From Pseudolabrys sp. (lineage in GTDB: Bacteria > Pseudomonadota > Alphaproteobacteria > Rhizobiales > Xanthobacteraceae): a stretch of 50,395 nt of DNA. Both the position numbers and the translations under genes were made by a program. Where the stretch lies: NCBI GenBank assembly GCA_035277565.1, contig DATEKG010000235.1, positions 1-50,395 of the forward strand, in the 5' to 3' direction. The notes under the pieces were generated by a model, which searched no databases, was not told the DNA's origin, and was given only the letters and a program-made list of their open reading frames with translations. This document shows, in pieces, positions 33,097 to 45,568 of this stretch (its first letter is position 1; each line of letters opens with the position of its first letter).

Positions 33097-33997
33097 CGGC
33101 GGTGTCTTTACTGAGCGCGAGCGCGCGCTGATAGATCTCGCGCCTTGGCCGCCCGGTCGCGATCGCAACCTCACCGACTGCATCTTTGACGGAAGTGCGC
33201 GCAAGCGCCTGACGGAGAAGATCGTCGAGATCTTCCGGCCCTTCCTTGCCCTCAGGCGCTGCGGCGATGATGATCACAAACTCGCCGCGAATTTCCGCAT
33301 CGCCTGCGTATGCGCGGGCGAGGGCGGTGAGATCCGACGTTCTGACTTCTTCGTGCAATTTTGTCAGCTCGCGGCAGATTGCGGCGGCACGCGACCCCAG
33401 TATCTGCGCCGCATCGGCAAGCATCGCGCCAAGGCGCGGGCCGGTTTCAAACAGGACCAGGGTTGCCGGGACATTGGCGAGTGCCGCAATGCGCTTTTGC
33501 CGAGCCGCTGTTTTTGGCGGAAGAAAGCCTTCGAAAAAGAAACGGTCGGTCGGTAATCCGGCAACCGACAGGGCAGCGAGAACGGCCGATGCGCCCGGCA
33601 GCGCGGTCACCATTTGGCCCGCATCGCGTGCGGCGCGAACCAGTTTATATCCGGGATCTGAAATTAGTGGTGTGCCCGCGTCCGACACCAGCGCCACGGC
33701 TTCGCCGGCATGGAGCCGCGCAAGCAGTTTCGGCCTTGCTTCTGCGGCGTTGTGCTCGTGATACGGCGTGAGCGGCGTCGAGATTCCGTAGCGTTCGGTC
33801 AGCCTGCGGGTGATGCGTGTGTCTTCGCAGGCAATGACATCGGCGCCGGCGAGCACTTCAAGCGCGCGCAGGGTGATATCGCCAAGGTTCCCGATTGGGG
33901 TCGCCACCAAATACAGGCCGGCCGGCTGCCTTGCCGCTTCGATTTCGGCGCCGAACGGAGCATAGCGGCGTGATTTAACTTTGCTTTCGATCGCCAT
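33089..33997 (-). CDS. rsmI: 16S rRNA C1402 2'-O-methyltransferase
   Basis: [49 protein letters not shown]. Confidence 0.96.
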   Translation of the reverse strand: MAIESKVKSRRYAPFGAEIEAARQPAGLYLVATPIGNLGDITLRALEVLAGADVIACEDTRITRRLTERYGISTPLTPYHEHNAAEARPKLLARLHAGEAVALVSDAGTPLISDPGYKLVRAARDAGQMVTALPGASAVLAALSVAGLPTDRFFFEGFLPPKTAARQKRIAALANVPATLVLFETGPRLGAMLADAAQILGSRAAAICRELTKLHEEVRTSDLTALARAYAGDAEIRGEFVIIIAAAPEGKEGPEDLDDLLRQALARTSVKDAVGEVAIATGRPRREIYQRALALSKDTADD

Positions 33998-34134
33998 GAC
34001 TGCACTCTAGACCGTCCGCTTGGGGCTCGTCATCGGTGAGAATTTCTCACACGCATTCATCGTTTTAAGTTTCGCGGGACAAATTCGACGATACCGGTTA
34101 CGACTGACACGGAACTGTCGTGCGGGGAGCGACC

Positions 34135-35337
34135 ATGTTGGGTACGTCGCTTGAGGGGGTGTGGGAGCGCGCGTGGCGCGGCGCGCGTGCTGGCTTGGCT
34201 GTTGTCGCTTTAAGCACGGTCGTTGCCGCCTGCACCACACAGTTGGGGAACTCCGTAACAACCGCGCAGCCTGACCCACAAGCGGTCAATGGTCCTCCCG
34301 CCGACGGCCAGGTGCGGATCGGCCTGATCCTGCCGCTGTCGGGGCAAGGCAATGCCGGCGTTGCGGCCCGGTCGATGAAGAATGCCGCGGAGATGGCGCT
34401 TGCCGAATTCAAGGCGACCAACGTTCAGCTGGTCGTGAAGGATGATGGCGGCTCGGCGCAGGGTGCGCAGACGGCGGCGCAGCAGGCGATCGATGAAGGC
34501 GCTGAGATCATCATTGGACCGCTGTTTGCGCAGTCGGTGAGCGCTGTCGGACAGGTGGCGCGATCGCGCAATATTCCGGTCATCGCATTCTCAACGGACG
34601 CAAGCGTGGCTGCGCACGGCGTCTATCTGCTGAGCTTCCTGCCGGAAAGCGATGTACGCCGCATCGTCGATTTTGCGATATCGCGCGGCAAGCGTTCCTT
34701 CGCGGCACTGATGCCGGAAAATGCATATGGCACGGTGGTCGAAGCTGCGTTCCAGCAAGAAGTGTCGCGGCGCGGCGGCCGTGTCGTTGCGCTCGAAAAA
34801 TATCCGCCCGACGCAAACAGGATGGCGGAAGCTGTCCGCCGTGTCGCTCAGGCGGCGAACCAGGTGGATAGTATTTTTATTCCCGATGGCGCCGACGCTG
34901 TCCCGCAAGTGGTGCAGGCTCTCGCCGCAAGCGGGGTCAACCCCAAGCGTGTGCAGTTGCTCGGTACCGGGCTTTGGGACGATCCGCGAATATTCTCAAC
35001 CGCTGCCCTCGAAGGCGGCTGGTATGCCGCGCCTGAGTCCTCGGGGTTCAGGAATTTCTCCTCCCGCTATCGCGGCCGTTACGGACAGGACCCCGTGCGC
35101 ACAGCGACGCTTGCCTATGATGCGACAGCTCTCGTCGCTGCGCTGGTAAAGACGCAGGGCACGCAGCGCTTCAGCGAGCAGGTTCTCACCAATCCATCGG
35201 GCTTTGCCGGCATCGACGGTGTTTTCCGGTTTCTGCCCCAGGGAACCAATGAACGCGGACTGGCGGTGCTCCGGGTGGCTCCGAATGGCGGACAAGTCGT
35301 CAGCCCCGCGCCAAAGTCGTTCCAATCGGGGACGTAA
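34135..35337 (+). CDS. LpoA-like penicillin-binding-protein activator lipoprotein (periplasmic-binding-protein I fold)
   Basis: Lipobox VAAC; IGLILPLSG, IIGPLF, AYDA, GF.GIDG.FRF; divergent from rsmI-yraN. Confidence 0.8.
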   Translation: MLGTSLEGVWERAWRGARAGLAVVALSTVVAACTTQLGNSVTTAQPDPQAVNGPPADGQVRIGLILPLSGQGNAGVAARSMKNAAEMALAEFKATNVQLVVKDDGGSAQGAQTAAQQAIDEGAEIIIGPLFAQSVSAVGQVARSRNIPVIAFSTDASVAAHGVYLLSFLPESDVRRIVDFAISRGKRSFAALMPENAYGTVVEAAFQQEVSRRGGRVVALEKYPPDANRMAEAVRRVAQAANQVDSIFIPDGADAVPQVVQALAASGVNPKRVQLLGTGLWDDPRIFSTAALEGGWYAAPESSGFRNFSSRYRGRYGQDPVRTATLAYDATALVAALVKTQGTQRFSEQVLTNPSGFAGIDGVFRFLPQGTNERGLAVLRVAPNGGQVVSPAPKSFQSGT

Positions 35338-35352
35338 TCGCGGGGATATTTT

Positions 35353-36504
35353 TCAGGCAGCCAGATCGGCGACAACCGCGTCGAGGATCGGAAAACCACT
35401 CTGCGTCACGCGCAGGCGGCCGTCACTCGTCGTCTCAACCGCGCCTTCCTCGCGCAGGATGGAAATACGTCTGGGATCGAGCGTGCGGCCGGCGATCGCG
35501 TTGTAACGTGCGGGATCAATGCCTTCGGCAAGTCTCAATCCCATCAGCAGATATTCGTCCGCGACCTCGTCTCGCGTCAGCGCCTCGTTCACGCTTATGC
35601 CGCTGCCGTTTGCTTCAACCCGCATGAGCCATGCTTCGGGCCGCCTGTCGGTTTCAGTCGCAACGCGGCGCCCTTCAATCGTGAGGCGGCCATGCGCGCC
35701 CGGTCCTACGCCGGCATAGTCGTGCCCGCGCCAATAGACGAGATTGTGCCGGCATTCCGCACCAGGACGCGCATGATTGGAGATCTCGTAAGCCGGCAGG
35801 CCGGACTCGTCGCATATTTTCTGCGTGAGATCGTATAAGTCGCGCGCATGGTCATCGTCGGGAACGACCAGCTTTCCGGCCTTGTGCAGATCGAAGAACG
35901 GCGTGCCGGCCTCGATCGTCAGCTGATAGAGCGAAAGGTGTTCGGCAGCTTCCGCAATTGCGCGCTTAAGTTCCGCGGCCCATGCTTTCGGCTCCTGCCG
36001 GGGGCGCGCATAGATCAGATCGAAGGAATAGCGGGCAAAAATCGAGCGCGCGACAGCGACCGCCTCGAGCGCCTCCCGGGCGGTATGCAGGCGGCCAAGC
36101 TCCTTGAGCACGGCATCGTCGAGCGCCTGAACACCGAGCGAAACGCGATTGACGCCGGCCGTGCGATAACCGCGAAAGCGCGTGGCTTCCACGCTGGTTG
36201 GATTTGCCTCGAGGGTGACTTCGACATCGGAAGAAACAGACCAGTGTTTCCCGATGCAGTCGAGAATGGCTTGCACAGATGACGGTTGCATGAGTGACGG
36301 CGTACCGCCGCCGAAAAAGATGCTCGAAACGGTACGATCTGGCACGCGGTCCGCAGTTGCAGCGATCTCGGCTTGGTAGGCGCGCAGGAACCGGGCCTCA
36401 TCGATGCCGCCGTGGCGCACATGGCTGTTGAAGTCGCAGTAGGGACACTTTGACAGGCAAAATGGCCAGTGAACGTAAACGCCGAATGGTGCGGTTAACA
36501 ACAT
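35353..36504 (-). CDS. hemW: Radical SAM haem chaperone HemW (start inferred at MLLTAPFG)
   Basis: YVHWPFCLSKCPYCDFNSH, FFGGGTPS, TLEANP, SLGVQ, DLIY, YQLTIE, YEISN, HNLVYW. Confidence 0.93.
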   Translation of the reverse strand: MLLTAPFGVYVHWPFCLSKCPYCDFNSHVRHGGIDEARFLRAYQAEIAATADRVPDRTVSSIFFGGGTPSLMQPSSVQAILDCIGKHWSVSSDVEVTLEANPTSVEATRFRGYRTAGVNRVSLGVQALDDAVLKELGRLHTAREALEAVAVARSIFARYSFDLIYARPRQEPKAWAAELKRAIAEAAEHLSLYQLTIEAGTPFFDLHKAGKLVVPDDDHARDLYDLTQKICDESGLPAYEISNHARPGAECRHNLVYWRGHDYAGVGPGAHGRLTIEGRRVATETDRRPEAWLMRVEANGSGISVNEALTRDEVADEYLLMGLRLAEGIDPARYNAIAGRTLDPRRISILREEGAVETTSDGRLRVTQSGFPILDAVVADLAA

Positions 36505-36509
36505 GTTAA
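36494..36509 (-). promoter_or_regulatory. Perfect CtrA-box consensus overlapping the inferred hemW start codon
   Basis: Minus strand TTAA-CATGTTG-TTAAC matches TTAA-N7-TTAAC exactly. Confidence 0.5.
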
Positions 36510-36607
36510 AAATCCTAGCGCGTGGCGCGAGTCGCAGCCAGCACAACTACGCCGCAGGCGCGACAGTTGATTAAGATTGTAACGATCGGGGACAAGCTCA
36601 AGTCAGA

Positions 36608-37243
36608 TCAAGCCTTGGAGAGACACGCGGCGGCGAGTTTCATGAAAGCGCGCGCGCGGTGCGACAGGCCTTGCCCCTTCGGCGGCAAGCCGTGCTTTTC
36701 CTCGGCGCTCATTTCACCGAATGTGCGATCGAATCCATCCGGACGAAACAACGGATCATAGCCGAACCCTTTGTCTCCGCGTGGCGGCCATACGGCGGCG
36801 CCATCGACGCGGCCTTCAAACTCTTCGACATGCCCGTCGGGCCATGCAAGGCACAAAGCGGCAACGAAATGCGCACGGCGCTGATCAGGGGCTTTCGCAC
36901 CGCGCTCGACCAGCAAGGTCTGGATTCGATTCATTGCCGCGCGAAAATCCCGCTCGGGTCCGGCCCAGCGCGCCGAATGGATACCTGGTTCGCCGTTCAG
37001 CGCATCAATGACCAGACCTGAATCGTCGGCAAAGGCGGCTTCACCGCTCGCGCGCGCCGCCGCCAGCGCCTTGATGCGCGCATTTGCGGCAAATGTTTTC
37101 CCGGTTTCTTCCGGTTCGGGCAGTCCAAGCTCGGCTGCCGACTTCGTTGCGATGCCGTAGAGCGACAGAAGCTCGTCCATCTCCCTGAGCTTGCCCGGAT
37201 TGTGCGTGGCGATGACGACTGGGCCGGTAAGGCGCCTGCTCAC
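36608..37243 (-). CDS. rdgB: dITP/XTP pyrophosphatase (HAM1 family)
   Basis: ATHNPGK, E.G.TF..NA..KA, ADDSGL, PG..SAR, GFGYDP.F, SHR..A. Confidence 0.96.
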   Translation of the reverse strand: MSRRLTGPVVIATHNPGKLREMDELLSLYGIATKSAAELGLPEPEETGKTFAANARIKALAAARASGEAAFADDSGLVIDALNGEPGIHSARWAGPERDFRAAMNRIQTLLVERGAKAPDQRRAHFVAALCLAWPDGHVEEFEGRVDGAAVWPPRGDKGFGYDPLFRPDGFDRTFGEMSAEEKHGLPPKGQGLSHRARAFMKLAAACLSKA

Positions 37244-37953
37244 GCGACCGCCAGCTTCTGCAAGGATACCAGCTTGGCAATTCCCTTGCGCGCAAGCGCA
37301 AGCAGAGCCTCGAACTGGTCCTCGCTGAAGGGAATTTTTTCGGCGGTAGCCTGGATCTCGACAATGTTGCCGGAGCCGGTCATGACGAAATTCGCGTCCG
37401 TGTCGGCTTCAGAATCCTCGGCATAGTCGAGGTCCAGTACCGCCGTGCCCTTGCACACGCCGCAGGAAACAGCGGCGATATGATCGCGCAATATATCGGC
37501 CTTGATCATGTCGCGCGTGCGCATCCAGCTGAAACAATCGGCAAGCGCGACCCAGGCGCCGGTAATCGACGCCGTGCGCGTGCCGCCGTCAGCCTGAATG
37601 ACGTCGCAATCGATGGTGATCTGACGCTCGCCCAGTGCCGGCAGGTCCACCACCGATCGCAGCGAGCGGCCGATCAGCCGTTGGATTTCGACCGTCCTGC
37701 CGCCCTGTTTACCGGCGCTTGCCTCCCGCCGCGTTCGTTCCGACGTCGCGCGCGGCAGCATTCCATATTCGGCGGTGACCCAACCGCGGCCCTGACCTTT
37801 CAGCCAGGGAGGCAGGCGCTCCTCGAGGCTCGCGGTAACCAGCACATGGGTATCGCCAAACTTAACGAAACAGGAGCCTTCGGCATATTTGACAACGCCA
37901 CGCTCGAGCGAAACGGCGCGCAACTCATCGATTTGTCGGCGGCTTGGCCGCAT
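37240..37953 (-). CDS. rph: Ribonuclease PH
   Basis: [53 protein letters not shown]. Confidence 0.97.
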   Translation of the reverse strand: MRPSRRQIDELRAVSLERGVVKYAEGSCFVKFGDTHVLVTASLEERLPPWLKGQGRGWVTAEYGMLPRATSERTRREASAGKQGGRTVEIQRLIGRSLRSVVDLPALGERQITIDCDVIQADGGTRTASITGAWVALADCFSWMRTRDMIKADILRDHIAAVSCGVCKGTAVLDLDYAEDSEADTDANFVMTGSGNIVEIQATAEKIPFSEDQFEALLALARKGIAKLVSLQKLAVA

Positions 37954-38056
37954 CGGGCTTGCTCCCCTGTTATTGACCGCTCACCATAACCATACACCCG
38001 TCTTGAACAAGACCGCCTCCATGGTCAATTCTTGGGTGATTTCGAGGAGCTGGACC

Positions 38057-39142
38057 TTGGCGTCTCACGACATCCCCATCGGGGCGACACAAGTAAGCCT
38101 CGCGGCGCTTAACGAGCGTTCGCGTGAAATATTCCGGCAGATCGTCGAAAGCTATCTTGCGACCGGCGAGCCTGTTGGCTCGCGCAATCTCGCTCGGCTG
38201 CTGCCGATCACGCTGTCGCCTGCCTCGGTCCGCAATGTGATGTCGGACCTTGAGCAGCTGGGCTTGATCTATGCGCCGCACACATCGGCCGGGCGTCTAC
38301 CGACAGAAATAGGGCTGCGTTTTTTTGTCGACGCCTTGATGCAGGTCGGCGATCTCAGTGAAACGGATCGGCGGTCGATCGAGGCGCAGGTCGCTGGTAC
38401 CCAGAGCAACAAATCGATGGAGGCCGTCCTCACCGAAGCATCGCAGATGCTGTCGGGCCTGACACGGTCAGCCGGGGTTGTGCTGACCGCGAAAACCAAT
38501 GTCAGGCTCAAGCATGTCGAGTTCGTAAGGCTCGAGGCCGAGCGCGCCCTCGCTGTCCTTGTTGCCGAAGATGGTCAGGTCGAGAATCGCGTCCTCAACA
38601 TTTCGCCAGGCGTACCAACGTCTTCACTGATAGAGGCATCCAACTTTCTTAACGCACGTATTCGCGGCAAGACGCTTGCCGATCTGCGCGCCGAAATAGA
38701 AAAGGCAGTTGCGGAAGGACAGGCTGAACTCGATCAGCTCACCCAGAAAGTCATTGCAACCGGGCTTGCAAGCTGGTCCGGAGGCGATCGCGAAGATCGC
38801 CAGTTGATCGTCCGCGGTCATGCGAACCTGCTTGACGATCTGCACGCCCTCGAAGACCTCGAGCGGGTTCGTTCCCTGTTCGATGCGCTCGAAACCAAAC
38901 GCGGCGTCATCGATCTGCTCGGCCGCGCTGAACGTGCCGATGGCGTCCGCATCTTCATCGGCTCCGAAAACAAGCTGTTCTCGCTTTCAGGGTCGTCGAC
39001 GATCGTTGCGCCATACCGCGACAGCAAAGGGCGAATCGTGGGGGTCATTGGCGTTATCGGGCCGACCCGCCTTAACTATGCCCGCGTTATCCCGATGGTC
39101 GATTACACGGCCCGGCTCGTGGGTCGCCTCCTCACGCCTTAA
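38057..39142 (+). CDS. hrcA: Heat-inducible transcription repressor HrcA (TTG start after GAGGAG)
   Basis: [49 protein letters not shown]. Confidence 0.96.
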   Translation: MASHDIPIGATQVSLAALNERSREIFRQIVESYLATGEPVGSRNLARLLPITLSPASVRNVMSDLEQLGLIYAPHTSAGRLPTEIGLRFFVDALMQVGDLSETDRRSIEAQVAGTQSNKSMEAVLTEASQMLSGLTRSAGVVLTAKTNVRLKHVEFVRLEAERALAVLVAEDGQVENRVLNISPGVPTSSLIEASNFLNARIRGKTLADLRAEIEKAVAEGQAELDQLTQKVIATGLASWSGGDREDRQLIVRGHANLLDDLHALEDLERVRSLFDALETKRGVIDLLGRAERADGVRIFIGSENKLFSLSGSSTIVAPYRDSKGRIVGVIGVIGPTRLNYARVIPMVDYTARLVGRLLTP

Positions 39143-39145
39143 ACG

Positions 39146-39174
39146 CTTGATTTTTTGCGCCAGAGCCCTGATAT
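39146..39174 (+). promoter_or_regulatory. Putative RpoH promoter for grpE
   Basis: CTTGAT-N16-CTGATAT immediately after the hrcA stop. Confidence 0.55.
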
Positions 39175-39213
39175 GCCGGGCATCCGGATATTGCCGAGGA
39201 TGGATTGACCACG

Positions 39214-39801
39214 ATGACGGACCCAACCGCCAGCCAGGCTGAAGCCGCGGCCGCTGAGGCCGAAAACCCGACGGCGCCCGACCAGGCCGATCCTCTTGCC
39301 GAGGCCAAGCGCGAGGCCGGTGAGTTCAAGGACAAGCTGCTGCGTACCCTTGCCGAGATGGAGAACCTCCGCAAGCGGACGGAACGCGAGGTTCTGGATG
39401 CGCGGCTTTACGGCATCGCTGCTTTCGCGCGGGATGTTCTGGCGGTGGCCGATAACATGCACCGTGCACTGGAGGCGATCGGATCCGAGCTGCGCGAATC
39501 GGGCGATGCCAAGGTCAAGGCCTTGATCGACGGTGTGGAGCTCACCGAACGGGAGCTGCTCAAGACCCTCGAAAAAAATGGCGTGAAAAAATTCTCGCCG
39601 AAGGGTGAAAAATTCGATCCCAATGTGCACCAGGCGATGTACGAAGTCCCGACATCTGATCAGCCGCCCGGGCAAGTCGCTCAGGTTATCCAGGCCGGCT
39701 ATATGATCGGGGATCGTGTCCTGCGGCCGGCTTTGGTCGCGGTCAGCAAGGCGGTTCCAATGGCGCCGGTCTCCGCCACCGAAGATCCAGAAGCAGACTG
39801 A
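39214..39801 (+). CDS. grpE: Nucleotide exchange factor GrpE
   Basis: LRTLAEMENLRKR, FARD.L.VADN, FDPNVHQAM, QAGY.IGDRVLRPALV.V. Confidence 0.97.
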   Translation: MTDPTASQAEAAAAEAENPTAPDQADPLAEAKREAGEFKDKLLRTLAEMENLRKRTEREVLDARLYGIAAFARDVLAVADNMHRALEAIGSELRESGDAKVKALIDGVELTERELLKTLEKNGVKKFSPKGEKFDPNVHQAMYEVPTSDQPPGQVAQVIQAGYMIGDRVLRPALVAVSKAVPMAPVSATEDPEAD

Positions 39802-39818
39802 GGCCTGCGGAGCAGGCT

Positions 39819-40751
39819 TCAGCGCATATCAATTCCGTCGCGTACCGCGCGGAAGCGGTCGAACATCGTGGTCCATTCATCCAACGGGCTGACGGCGACG
39901 ATCCGCATAAATCCGGCCGAGCCGAAACGCAGCCACTGCACCATCGATACCTTTTTGCCGGCCTGATTGATGCCCTGCGCCCTGATTTCGTGACCAGGCG
40001 CGCCATTGATTCGCATCGGCTCCGCTGATTGCAGCGTCAGGTCTGCGACCGGCGCGGAGGACAGGAGATCGCGGGCGAATCTCGACCGGTCCGACGGTTC
40101 AATTGGACCGCCCGTGCCGAGCGAAATAATGATGATCGACTGCGGCGGGGTTTGATCCTTGGGGTTGTCTGCCAGCACGACCACGCCGGTCGGCATGACC
40201 TGAAGAACCTGAAATCCGGCAAGATCGTTGAACTTGAACGGCAGCATGCCGAGTTGTTCCTGGATCGGCGCCGGCCTGAACGTCACGCTGGCGAGCGCTT
40301 TGCGGATGACGGCATCCGAATAAATGGCAAGCGCACTGTCGGGCACCTCGACATTGATTACCGTCGTCAGGTCGTGAACCTGACTGCCGACCGCCTGCGC
40401 CAGCAACGCCCAGCGGTGCAGCGTCTTGCCGTCGTGCTGAAACACACCGGTAATAAGAAACCCGATGCCACTGCCGAACGGAAAACTCTCCCGTTTGGCC
40501 TGTTTGAGTTGTTTCTGGGCATCCGAAAATGCTGCGGCTTCAAGTTCGGCGTAGGCGCTGGCGGGAAGGTCAAGGATAGCGATGGAGGCGTGCCGGTCGA
40601 CGTCCTCAAAGCCGGGAAACCGCACGCTTGGCCGCATATCGCCCGGCGGTTCGAGACCGATCCGCAGGCCCGGCGGGAAGACCGGATCGGCAAGCACCAG
40701 GGCCGTCAAGCCCGGCAATGCGGTAACGGCCGCAGATAGGTAAACAAACAT
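39819..40751 (-). CDS. Secreted hypothetical protein
   Basis: Long ORF filling the grpE-dnaK gap; hydrophobic signal-like N-terminus ending VLA-D; no motif I recognise. Confidence 0.7.
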   Translation of the reverse strand: MFVYLSAAVTALPGLTALVLADPVFPPGLRIGLEPPGDMRPSVRFPGFEDVDRHASIAILDLPASAYAELEAAAFSDAQKQLKQAKRESFPFGSGIGFLITGVFQHDGKTLHRWALLAQAVGSQVHDLTTVINVEVPDSALAIYSDAVIRKALASVTFRPAPIQEQLGMLPFKFNDLAGFQVLQVMPTGVVVLADNPKDQTPPQSIIIISLGTGGPIEPSDRSRFARDLLSSAPVADLTLQSAEPMRINGAPGHEIRAQGINQAGKKVSMVQWLRFGSAGFMRIVAVSPLDEWTTMFDRFRAVRDGIDMR

Positions 40752-40888
40752 TCGACGCACGATCACCTGGCGGCCTTCCAAATTCGCATTATTGGGCCCT
40801 CCCTAACCGTCCTTGGGCAATGCAGCAATGGGTCGATAACCATTGATCGTGTCCGGCGGGGGCCGCTCTCGATTTAGTGATCATCTGG

Positions 40889-40916
40889 CTTGCGGCCCAC
40901 AATGGCCCTCCTATAT
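40889..40916 (+). promoter_or_regulatory. RpoH (sigma32) promoter for dnaKJ
   Basis: CTTGCG-N15-CCTATAT, a close match to the alphaproteobacterial RpoH consensus. Confidence 0.75.
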
Positions 40917-41052
40917 GACCGAGTAAGCCGTGAAAAAGGCGGCGAATCACGTATCCAGGGGGCTGGATCGGGGGTCTGCGGATGAACCGCCGACGTTCCC
41001 ATTCGGGCGCCAAGCGGCCCGGCCGGCCTGCCGCAATTTGAGAGGAAGAACC

Positions 41053-42969
<1,917 letters not shown>

Positions 42970-43010
42970 TCGCAGGGCGAGAGCCATGCGCAGCAGTTCG
43001 ACGAACACGA

Positions 43011-43043
43011 CACCCCCGGACATGTGCCCGGGGGTGCGCTTTT
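43011..43043 (+). terminator. Terminator/attenuator-like hairpin between dnaK and dnaJ
   Basis: CACCCCCGG-N8-CCGGGGGTG followed by CGCTTTT. Confidence 0.6.
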
Positions 43044-43107
43044 GCCGGGACCGGGGGCGGGCGAATCAAGTACGCATCCCGGCGCGGTGAACTAGGACGC
43101 GATCCGG

Positions 43108-44256
43108 ATGTCCAAGCGCGACTACTATGAAGTTCTGGGCGTGAGCCGCAGCTGCAGCGAGGTAGAACTCAAGGCAGCGTTTCGAAAGCTCGCGATGCAG
43201 CATCACCCGGACCGCAATCCGGGGGACAAGGACTGCGAACACCGCTTCAAGGAAATTAACGAAGCCTATGACGTCCTCAAGGACGGCGATAAACGTGCAG
43301 CATATGACCGTTTCGGCCATGCGGCGTTCGAACAGGGCGGGGTAGGCGGCGCCCACGGATTCGGCGCCGATTTCGGTTCCACATTCGCCGATATTTTCGA
43401 AGGTATTTTCGGCATGGGATCGGCGCGCGGCCGCAGCTCCGGCCGCGAGCGCGGGTCCGACCTGCGCTACAACATGGAAATTACGCTCGACGAGGCGTTT
43501 GCCGGCAAGACCGCACAGATCCGCATCCCCACCTCGGTGACCTGCGAGGCGTGTTCTGGCAGTGGCGCCAAGGCCGGCACCAAGCCCAAGCCATGCGCGA
43601 CCTGCGGCGGCGCCGGCAAGATCAGGCACGCTCAGGGATTTTTCACGCTCGAGCGCACCTGCCCGACTTGTCACGGCCGCGGCCAGGTCATCGACAATCC
43701 ATGCAAGGTATGCGGCGGCGGCGGGCGCGTGACCCGCGAACGTACGCTTTCAGTCAATATTCCCGCCGGTGTTGAAGACGGTACCCGTATCCGTCTTGCC
43801 GGCGAGGGCGAAGCGGGCTTGCGCGGCGGCCCGGCTGGCGACCTCTATATTTTTCTGGAAGTGGGGCAGCACGAATTTTTCCAGCGCGATGGGGCCGATC
43901 TGCACTGCCGGGTGCCGATTTCGATGACGACCGCGGCGCTGGGCGGGGAATTCGAGGTCCCAGCGATCGATGGCAGCAAGGTAAAGGTCAAAGTGCCCGC
44001 CGGCACGCAGGCCGGGCGCCGTTTCCGCCTGGGGGGAAAGGGCATGCCGGTGCTGCGGACGAAACAAACCGGCGATATGTACGTTCAAGTAGCGGTGGAA
44101 ACGCCGCAAAATCTCACCAAACGACAGCGCGAGCTGCTGACGGAATTTGAAAAACTGTCTTCGGAGGCAACGCAGCCGGAATCGGCCGGTTTCTTTAGTC
44201 GAGTCAAAGAGTTTCTGGATGGCCTTGGGAGCACCAGGGGCAGTCAATCGGGGTAA
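43108..44256 (+). CDS. dnaJ: Chaperone DnaJ
   Basis: J-domain HPD, G/F region, four CxxCxGxG zinc-finger repeats. Confidence 0.99.
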   Translation: MSKRDYYEVLGVSRSCSEVELKAAFRKLAMQHHPDRNPGDKDCEHRFKEINEAYDVLKDGDKRAAYDRFGHAAFEQGGVGGAHGFGADFGSTFADIFEGIFGMGSARGRSSGRERGSDLRYNMEITLDEAFAGKTAQIRIPTSVTCEACSGSGAKAGTKPKPCATCGGAGKIRHAQGFFTLERTCPTCHGRGQVIDNPCKVCGGGGRVTRERTLSVNIPAGVEDGTRIRLAGEGEAGLRGGPAGDLYIFLEVGQHEFFQRDGADLHCRVPISMTTAALGGEFEVPAIDGSKVKVKVPAGTQAGRRFRLGGKGMPVLRTKQTGDMYVQVAVETPQNLTKRQRELLTEFEKLSSEATQPESAGFFSRVKEFLDGLGSTRGSQSG

Positions 44257-44337
44257 ATATCTTGACCCTCTGCCTTGCGCCCTATACCCGTAAATGTTGC
44301 GGCGAGGCCCGCCGCCTGTACGCGTGACCTCGCAGCA

Positions 44338-44940
44338 ATGCCATCACATTCAGTCGCCCGCGTCCAAAAGAAGAGTCTGCGTCTCGATGACGAGATGCAG
44401 TTCATCCGATCGTGGATTGAAAAGCCTCTCTCGACCGGCGCGGTGATGCCGTCGAGCCGTGTGCTGGCGCGCGCAATGGCGCGCTATGTTGATCCGCAAT
44501 CGAACGGGCCGGTCATCGAGCTGGGTCCAGGCACCGGGCCGGTCACTGAAGCGCTTGTGCGGCGCGGTGTCGATCCGGCACGCCTGATCCTTGTCGAATT
44601 CAATCCTGACTTCTGCCGCTTGCTGCGCTCGCGGTATCCGGCCGCTACAGTCATGCAGGGAGACGCCTATCGGCTTCGCCGGCTGCTCGGCAATTACATT
44701 GAGCAGCCCGCCGCCGCGGTAGTGTCGGGTCTGCCGCTGGTTACCAAGCCGCTGCGCACGCGGTTGCGTCTGATTTCCGAGGCAATGACCTTGCTCGCAC
44801 AAGGCGCGCCGTTCGTTCAATTCACTTACGCGATGCTTCCGCCAATTCCGAAGGAGTTGTCCGGTGTGCGCGCGGAATCGTCGGAACTCATTTGGATGAA
44901 CCTGCCGCCGGCGCGCGTGTGGGTTTACCGCGGCCGTTGA
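44338..44940 (+). CDS. pmtA: Phospholipid (phosphatidylethanolamine) N-methyltransferase (start MPSHS)
   Basis: FIRSWIEKPL..GAVMPSS, SAM motif VIELGPGTG, VVSGLP, FVQFTY, NLPPARVWVY; downstream of dnaJ as in rhizobia. Confidence 0.88.
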   Translation: MPSHSVARVQKKSLRLDDEMQFIRSWIEKPLSTGAVMPSSRVLARAMARYVDPQSNGPVIELGPGTGPVTEALVRRGVDPARLILVEFNPDFCRLLRSRYPAATVMQGDAYRLRRLLGNYIEQPAAAVVSGLPLVTKPLRTRLRLISEAMTLLAQGAPFVQFTYAMLPPIPKELSGVRAESSELIWMNLPPARVWVYRGR

Positions 44941-44977
44941 TAGTGCGGTGTCGTCGCCCGCGCAAGCGGAGCAGTTG

Positions 44978-45568
44978 ATGCCGATCCCGAAAATTCTCGT
45001 ACTGCCTGGTTCGACGCGCGTCGGCTCGCACAATGTGAAGCTGGCCGCCCTGGTAGCGAAGGAATTGACGCTGCTCGATGTCGACGTGACGCGAATTTCG
45101 CTCGCGGATTTCCCGCTGCCGATCTACGAAGCCGATCTCGACGCGCGCGCCGGTCAACCCGCCAATGCGATCAAGCTGAAGCAAATGATCATGACGCATC
45201 ACGGCGTGTTCATCGCGAGTCCGGAATACAGCGCATCGGTGACGCCGTTGCTCAAGAACGCCATTGATTGGGTGTCGCGTGTGCGCGAGCGGGGCGATCC
45301 GACCTACGCGGCATTCAAAGGGCGGGTTTTCGCAATCGCGTCGGCATCGCCCGGTCGCGCCGGCGGATTGCGTTCCCTGATGGCATTGCGGCAGATCCTC
45401 GAGCTTGGTTGCGGCGCGCTTGTGATTCCGGAGCAGGTGTCAATCCAGAACGCTGAAACTGCGTTCGACGAAATGGACAATATTGCCGATGCCGGTACCG
45501 CCAATCTGCTCCGCGCCGAGCTTGAGCGGCTCGTTGAAATGGCGCGGCTGATGGCACGAGGAGGCTGA
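44978..45568 (+). CDS. NADPH-dependent FMN reductase family protein
   Basis: GSTRVGSHN, SPEYSAS...LKNAIDWVSR, ASPG..GG; GGAG RBS. Confidence 0.9.
   Translation: MPIPKILVLPGSTRVGSHNVKLAALVAKELTLLDVDVTRISLADFPLPIYEADLDARAGQPANAIKLKQMIMTHHGVFIASPEYSASVTPLLKNAIDWVSRVRERGDPTYAAFKGRVFAIASASPGRAGGLRSLMALRQILELGCGALVIPEQVSIQNAETAFDEMDNIADAGTANLLRAELERLVEMARLMARGG

Noticed and set aside
37954-41052. CIRCE operator near hrcA/grpE/dnaK
   Set aside because: No TTAGCACTC-N9-GAGTGCTAA match seen. The short palindrome GTCTTG-AA-CAAGAC at 38000-38013 is more simply back-to-back promoter elements or chance.
44261-44287. CTTGAC...CCTATAC promoter-like motif before pmtA
   Set aside because: Spacer is shorter than either the RpoH or RpoD consensus. 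Plausible internal promoter but not assignable.
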